Position numbers and translations under genes: made by a program. 64,000 nt of DNA. It comes from Schmidtea nova. Taxonomy: Eukaryota. Location of the stretch: assembly GCA_044892505.1 (NCBI GenBank), contig CM097883.1:18786001-18850000 (forward strand). Direction: 5' to 3'. The notes under the pieces are model-generated. The model was given only the letters and a program-made list of their open reading frames with translations, searched no databases and was not told where the DNA came from. This document shows, piece after piece, positions 56,649 through 64,000 of this stretch (its first letter is position 1; each line of letters begins with the position of its first letter).

Positions 56649-57458
56649 CTGCCGAATAGGATACCTTATTTCAATTAAAATATTTAAAACTGATTAAATA
56701 GAATGTTAATTAATTTTGCTTTAATTCATTATATAGATAACAATATGATTTTTAATAAAAAAACTTGTAAAAACTTCGCGGCTCATAGGTCGAGATTTAC
56801 GGTAATTATTATTTAGGTATTTTAATTATATTATTATTATTATTACTAGATATTTTGGTAATAACATCTCTCACTGATTTCTCTATAATAGAATCGAGAT
56901 GCTTTATTAAACAATTTGGCAACGGTCCGGTGCCAATTGAATTTCCGATCCGTCAGTAATGTTCACAGAAATATAATAAATAAATCGTATAATCAAGATC
57001 CGAATTTCTGTCAACGATTCCGAAGAAATCGCAAACAAATTTCATTATCTCAATTGTAGCATTTCGAGGAATTATAATTCACAATCACCAGTCATAATTG
57101 GATGAGATAAATATTATTTATTATTTTGTTTCAATTTGCTTGTAAAGAAAATTTTGATTTTGCAAATCTTGCTTTAAAATAAAAGAAAATCAGTTCTAAA
57201 ATCTAACATTTTCTATAATGTACAAATGGATACGTGTAATAATAATAATAATAATAATAATAAGAATATTAATAATAAGAATATTAATAATAATANNNNN
57301 NNNNNNNNNNNNNNNNNNNNNNNNNNNNNNNNNNNNNNNNNNNNNNNNNNNNNNNNNNNNNNNNNNNNNNNNNNNNNNNNNNNNNNNNNNNNNNNNNNNN
57401 NNNNNNNNNNNNNNNNNNNNNNNNNNNNNNNNNNNNNNNNNNNNNNNNNNNNNNNNGA

Positions 57459-57609
57459 CTATAGATCAAAATTTTTTTTTTATAAACAATAACACAATAT
57501 TTCGGCACAGCCTTTATCAAGTGTGTATTTCTCACACTATACACACTTGATAAAGGCTGTGCCGAAATATTGTGTTATTGTTTATAAAAAATAATTTTGA
57601 TCTATAGTC
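57459..57609. repeat. Long near-perfect palindrome
   Basis: The arm ATATTTCGGCACAGCCTTTATCAAGTGTGTAT faces its reverse complement across a 10-nt loop; the same motif occurs at about 39836 and 62697. Confidence 0.75.
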
Positions 57610-57857
57610 ATTATGAGAATTATTGATAATAATAATAAAAAAAGATCAAANNNNNNNNNNNNNNNNNNNNNNNNNNNNNNNNNNNNNNNNNNNNNNNNNN
57701 NNNNNNNNNNNNNNNNNNNNNNNNNNNNNNNNNNNNNNNNNNNNNNNNNNNNNNNNNNNNNNNNNNNNNNNNNNNNNNNNNNNNNNNNNNNNNNNNNNNN
57801 NNNNNNNNNCCTTGGTAGCAGCATTAAGTATTAAATTAATTAATAAATAAGTAACAA

Positions 57858-58013
57858 AATAAGCCTTTGCTGCAAAAATATAATTTTATTAAATGAGAAA
57901 ATTTTCGATTATCAAATAATCTCTCGTCAATCTCAAAGAGATTGACGAGGATTATTTGATAATCGAAAATTTTCTCATTTAATAAAATTATATTTTTGCA
58001 GCAAAGGCTTATT
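57858..58013. repeat. Long near-perfect palindrome ending at an N gap
   Basis: Arms of ~76 bp centred on CTC-AAA-GAG at about 57936. Confidence 0.75.
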
Positions 58014-58361
58014 NNNNNNNNNNNNNNNNNNNNNNNNNNNNNNNNNNNNNNNNNNNNNNNNNNNNNNNNNNNNNNNNNNNNNNNNNNNNNNNNNNNNNNN
58101 NNNNNNNNNNNNNNNNNNNNNNNNNNNNNNNNNNNNNNNNNNNNNNNNNNNNNNNNNNNNNNNNNNNNNNNNNNNNNNNNNNNNNNNNNNNNNNNNNNNN
58201 NNNNNNNNNNNNNNNNNNNNNNNNNNNNNNNNNNNNNNNNNNNNNNNNNNNNNNNNNNNNNNNNNNNNNNNNNNNNNNNNNNNNNNNNNNNNNNNNNNNN
58301 NNNNNNNNNNNNNNNNNNNNNNNNNNNNNNNNNNNNNNNNNNNNNNNNNNACATAAATATT

Positions 58362-61300
58362 AGTTTTACAACAATTTGAATCCATAACTTTTATTTCAGA
58401 AAAATATAATTATCAAAATTATGTTTTCTTAATAATTTGTTATTTAAACAAATTTTCAAAAAATATTTTTCTAATTAAAAATATTTCTTTATTGTAAAAA
58501 TCAATCTTAAAATTAGTTTTTAAAATTTTTCATTAAAAATTTCTTAAATCTTCCAACTTCCTCATATCCCCCTTCTTAAGAAATTTTTAAGTTTTTCCAC
58601 ATTTCTTTCGATTATTTTTCTTATTTTTCATTTCTTAAGATGTATCGTCTGTCATGCACTTTCTCGATCACTTTGTATGGACCTTCATATCTGTCCTGCC
58701 TTTTGTTGCGTGTTTCTAATTTTACTAACACTTCTTCTCCTACATTGAATTTTCTCCTTGTTTGTTCTTCTAGTTCTTCCTTTACCGGTATTTCTTTGGA
58801 CCCGTACCATTTTCCCTGCTAATCTTTTTTCCAAAAATTATCTCTGCCGGGCTTTTCCCTGTCGTTTTTTGTTTAGTTGCATATAATGTGAATTCGACTT
58901 CTGGTAATATCTCTGCCCAATCCGTCTTCCTTCTATCCTGTAGAGTAGCATTTATCAGCTCCCGCATTGTCCTGAATTGTCTTTCTATCTGACCATTTGT
59001 TTGGTGATCGTATGGACTCGAAAAACATAATTTAATATCTAGCATCTTTGTGAATTCTCTCATCATTCCTGATTCAAATGCCTTTCCGCAATCAACTATT
59101 ATCTCCTTTGGGCATCCAAATCTTAAAATCCACTTTTCTAAAATCCACTTTTCTAGAATCGTTTTCTTTGTTGTTTCTTCGTCTTGTTTTGTTATCGCTG
59201 TCAAGACTTGATACTTACTATACTGGTCTATTCTTACGTCTTTTTGTTTCTTTCAACGGTCCACATATATCCACGAATATAATTTCGAACATTTCATTTG
59301 ATTCTTGTTTCTTTACTGGTTCTTTCGTTGTTATTGTTATAGCCTTGGTTTTTTGACAAATCTCACAACTTCGAACAATTTCCTGAATCTGACTTCACAG
59401 GTGTTTTCCAACATATCTATCTTTCATATAATCGGCTATCTTCTCGACTCCCGCATGACACAATAGTCTATGTATTTCCTTTATTGTTTCTTGTAACTCA
59501 TTTTCAGGTATCACCGTTTTCTTTCGTACTCTTCTTCTACAATTCCATATTGGTCGTTGCTTCTTCCATCTTCTCTGATTGAGTCTAGTAATCTGGTTTT
59601 TATTTTTTCTTTCTTAGCTTCTTCGTGGGCCATTTGACACTGAACACACGTGTCACATTTAGTTCTCGACACCATGTCTGCATTTTGGTGATTAATACCC
59701 TTTATGTATTCTACGCTTATATCTAAACTCCTCAAATAATTGATCCATGTTTGGAATTGTGAAGTAATCGGCTTCTTGGTTGTCATCATAAACGTGATTG
59801 CCTTGTGGTCTGTCCTGAGCGTGAATCTTCTTCCTAAGAGATAGTGCTTAAAATGAATGCAAAAATAATATATCGCCAATAGTTCCTTTCTTGTAATACA
59901 ATATCCTTTCTCATGGCTCGTCATCGAGTGTGATCCATACGCAATTACTCTTTCCATTCCATCTTTATCTCTTTGTGAAAGTACTGCTCCGGTGGTATCA
60001 AAACTAGCTTCAGTATCTAAAATGAGCTCCTTTTTCAGATCCGGAAAACATAAGATTGGCGCCGTCGTGAGTGCTAATTTCAATCCCTCAAACACGCTAT
60101 TCGTTCCTTCAGTCCATTTTATTTTTTTGTTACTCGGTCCACTACATAATTGTTCTAACATCCTTGCCTTCTTTACATTCTCACAGATGATACTTCTATA
60201 ATAATTGCCAATACCTAAAAGGCTTCGGAGTTTCTTTACGCAATTTGGCTTCCGAAAGTTTTGTATGGCTTGAATCTTAGATTGATCTGTCTGTACTCCT
60301 TCCTTGCTGATTATGTGTCCTAAGAATCTGATTTCTTTCTTTATTATTTGACACTTTTCTGGATTAATCCTTTGTTCTGCTTCCTCAATCGCCTTTAACA
60401 TTTGTCCGACTATTCTAGTGTTTCTCTTTACTGCTTGAATAAATCAAGATGTCGTCCAAATACACCATTGCTCCCTTTATTTTGCCTAATACTTTTGTCA
60501 TCATTTCTTGGATCGTACCTGGTGCTGCTGCAATTCCAAACGGCATTCTGTTGAAACAGTTTTGTCCGTTCATTGTTGAGAAGGCTGTTTTCTCTTGTGA
60601 TTCTTCTTCTAATTCCACTTGGTAATATGCATTACCTAGATCGATTCAGCTGAAAAAACGGATCCCCCTAACAAATCCAACATCTCGTCTACGTTTCCAC
60701 TGTTTGTTATAATTTCTTTTAATTTGCTATCTTCATTGATCTTTAACTGTTCCAACGCTTGTATCAATCATTCTTCATTCTTTATTTGTCTGCCAAATTT
60801 TGCTTCAATGTTACAAATATAGTTCTTGTCTTTTTCACTAGCCTCGATATCTTTAATTTTTAACAGTCTAAATCCAAATGTTTCTTGTAATTAGACTCCT
60901 CCAATCACATCTGGTGTCACTTTCTCCGCCACAATGAATATAACTTCCTTCGAAATATTTCCAATGGTTACTTGCACCTTCCTTTTTCCTATTGTCTTGA
61001 TCGTACTCTCGTTTGCGCATCGTAACTTATCGTCACTTCTCGTCAATTGTTAAAACAGTCAACTTGTTAAAACAGTTCACACTCATTACATTAATTCTTG
61101 CACCAGTGTCTAATAAACAGTCGAAATTTTCCCCATTCATCCTTACTGTTGTACTAGGCCTTCCTTGCATTTTGTTATACAAAATTTCAACAGCCTGCTC
61201 CGTTTCAATGGTTCCAATTCTTTCCAATTCCTCTTCAAACATTTCTCTCCTTAGGAACCTGTATACTTTCTCGCTTACCCTTCCTATATTCTCCCACTTT

Positions 61301-62597
61301 TCTGCCCATTGAGGATATCCCATCAAATTCTCTGTTAGTATATGGCTCCAACCAACTCCTCTACTGGTGGAGCCCTGTTGTTTGGGTACGTCTTCTTAAA
61401 ATTATCTTCATTTGTCTCTACACACGATTCCCTTTCTTCTTCTTCCTCGATACCATTTATCCGACTGTATCTGTTTCCCGTGAGTCTTTGTCTCTCCATC
61501 GCTCTACCGTAACTCATTTTTGTATAACACTCCTCGGATCTATGACCATTTCTGCTACATCCTTCCCAACGTATTTCCTGACACAATCTTCTTATATGAT
61601 TTTCTTTCCCACAACCAAAACATCTTGGAGCTTTTTTATCTAGACAATTTCTACTTATATGTCGGCTTCTATGACATGTCCAGCACTCTATTTTACCTTT
61701 TATTGGACAATCAATTTTCGTGTGTCCTATTTTGTGGCATAACCAGCATTCTGGTCTTTCTCTTCGAATACTTTATTCTCTCTGTTCTTTCTGCTTGTAC
61801 TGTACTCTTCTCTGTGGCTCCTGATAGACCACTTTGGCGTAACTTTTCATAACGTTTATCTTATCTCTTTGTTTGTCCACTTTATCCGTAAGAATTAGTG
61901 TTTCCTTTATTTCTTCTGTGCTTTTTATCTTCCATAGTATTACTTTTTCTCAACTTCTTTATTCTCAGCACATATTATCAACATCTTTGCTGTTAATTTC
62001 TCTTCGGTAAATTCTTTATTTTCAAACAACCTATCAACAAGGTCCTCTACTTTTTTCAAATATGTTTCTATTTCTTCACCCTTCCGCTTGTAATTCAACA
62101 AGCTTTGCAGATCCTTTAATACATCTCTTTCGCGATCGAATGCCAATCGCAACCTAGTCTGGAATTCTTCTGCTTTTTTCAGTGTTTTGCTATACACTTC
62201 CAAGAGATCCTCATCAATCATGCAAGATGTTAATCTTTCCTGATCTCTCTTCTGCGTGATTCCCTTGGCATCGAAATAAATTTCGCATCTTTTAATAAAC
62301 TTTTCCAAGTCGTCACCTTGACAGAACACCTTTGATAGCAATCTTTCGGTGATTGCGTCAGTGTTTACCAACGCCACCATATTAGAATTTTCAGTTTTAC
62401 AACAACTTGAATCCATAACTTTTATTTCAGAAAAATATAAGAATCAAAATAATGTTTTCTTAATAATTTGTTATTTAAACAAATTTTCAAAAAATATTTT
62501 TCTAATTAAAAATATTTTTCTATTTTAAAAATCAATCTTAAAATTAATTTTTAAAATTTTTCAATAAAAATTTTTTAAATCTTCCAACTTCCTCATA
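58362..62597 (-). mobile_element. Decayed compact Ty3/Gypsy retrotransposon with ~200-bp LTRs
   Basis: Direct repeats at 58362-58566 and 62393-62597; PPT AAGAAGGGGGA next to the left repeat; fragments of gag (61940-62416), PR (LLDTGA), RT (MPFGI, YLDD), RH (LDTEAS) and IN (SPYDHQTNGQIER), with many frameshifts. Confidence 0.9.
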
Positions 62598-62799
62598 ATA
62601 ATAATAAAAATAGTAATAATAATATTAATAATATTATTATTAATAATATTATTATTTTCAATAATAAAAGATCAAAATTTCTTTAAAAATGTACACAATA
62701 TTTCGGCACAGCCTTTATCAAGTGTGTATTTCAATCGTTATATTAACTTAATCCTAAATAATAACCTTAATTATTTATTTTATATTTTATAAAGATTTT

Positions 62800-64000
62800 A
62801 TTAGATGAAAAAAAAATATTTTAATTTTCTTTTTAAACATGATTTTTTTGTGCAAATTGAATGTTGATGGAAGGTTTGTATTTTTTGATGTAAAAATTCT
62901 CGGAAGCTAATCTTTGTAATGAATTTTTGAATCCCTCTTGTAGAATCTGGCATTTTGTTTCTTCTTTTATTTACTTTCTCCAAGTGTTCGTAATAATTAC
63001 TGGTTTTATTTTTAGTGTGTTCATTAAGTCTGGTGCGAAAAGTTCTATGTTTTTCTCCTATGTAAGTAGCGTTACATTTTTGACAAGAAAGTTTATATAC
63101 TATATTTTTGGAAAAGCAAAAGCATCGGGTTGTGGAACGGCAAAGACATTAATGTTTGTAGATGTTGGAAATTGGTGGCTTTCGGAGTTGTGATTTTAAC
63201 GGTGCGGAGGTTATGAACGTTGGACAGATGTGGATAGGCAAATCTGTTTGGTTAAAAATGTTGGTGATTTTATTGGCTGTGGTGTCATTCAAGAAAGGTA
63301 ATCTTAGATATCTTGTGTGTTTGCTATTGTTATTGTGTTTCTGGCGTTTCTTATTGTTGCGTTTATTGTGGTATGGTTCGTTAAGGAAGTATTTTTTTAC
63401 AAATTCTTCAGGGTATCCATTTTGGAGGAATCGTATTTTGAAGTTTTCTAATGTTTCTTGTATTTTGTTTGCGTCTGAACAGTTTCTTATGGCTCTTTTT
63501 CTTTCTCCTATTAGTAATGTGATTTTGCGATGAAGTGGAACGTGGCTTTGTCCATGGGAGGATATGATCACTATGTAAACGTTTAGAATATAGCTCGGTG
63601 TTTGCATTTAGTGTATCTGGGCCTTTTGTGAAACTTACCATGGTATCTAAAAACGGTATTTTACCTTCTGTATTCGGTGTTTCAAAAGTGAATTGTATGT
63701 TGGTGTTAGTAGAATTTGCGTGTGATAGGATTTGATTGAGAGGGATTGTGGAGACTATGAAGATTTCGTCGATGTATCGTTTCCAGAAAAGTATTTTGAC
63801 CCCAAAAAAAGATATGATCTTAGATTCTATAGCGTTCATGTAGAAGATGGCTAAGATGGGAGAAAGGTTATTACCCATGGCTATTCCATAAATTTTTTTG
63901 AATAGATTTTCTTTAATTATGACAATATCTGAATTTATTGCTAATTTTAGAAGTTCTATAAAGTGTTGTTTAGTTAAGTCTGCGAGGTCAGTGTTGGCTT
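62800..64000 (-). mobile_element. Penelope-like element fragment (RT C-terminus + GIY-YIG endonuclease), pseudogenised, runs off the window edge
   Basis: AMGNNLSPILAIFYM, RYIDE, IPFLD, NGYP, and NIVYKLSCQKCNATYIGEKHRTFRTRLNEH at about 63000-63110. Confidence 0.88.

Noticed and set aside
54942-56697. ORFs 54942-55310 and 56155-56697
   Set aside because: They are products of a 21-bp (multiple of 3) satellite, on opposite strands, with no flanking gene structure.
43619-58385. ORFs containing X runs
   Set aside because: They are open only because they cross N gaps.

Overview
AT-rich eukaryotic, most likely animal, genomic scaffold with several N gaps, dominated by transposable elements. The centrepiece is a young 29.5-kb Ty3/Gypsy-type LTR retroelement (6593-36069). 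It has 3305-bp near-identical TG...CA LTRs, a 4-bp CGAT target-site duplication and a tRNA-Pro-like PBS, and it looks like a complex enveloped retrovirus-like system. Its 4065-aa ORF places a chuvirus/herpes-gB-type glycoprotein upstream of, and in frame with, PR-RT-RNaseH-IN. The same ORF also carries ubiquitin-like folds, a Bcl-2-like domain, two ankyrin clusters and a membrane-anchored module of four FN3-like repeats. Separate ORFs encode an IAP-type RING protein, a full-length TRAF-like protein, two coiled-coil proteins and a small type I membrane protein, and each LTR encodes two further proteins. A conserved AATAAA/splice-donor junction in the LTR, plus acceptor-like sites just before nearly every ATG, suggests expression by alternative splicing. 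Two covarying RNA structures are conserved across related LTR families, which lie as fragments on both sides of the element. The rest of the window holds a TCP1 fragment, a hAT transposon (TIRs, 8-bp TSD), an intronless stomatin gene, a 21-bp minisatellite, a decayed small Gypsy element and a Penelope-like fragment. All domain calls are by-eye motif recognition, not database searches.
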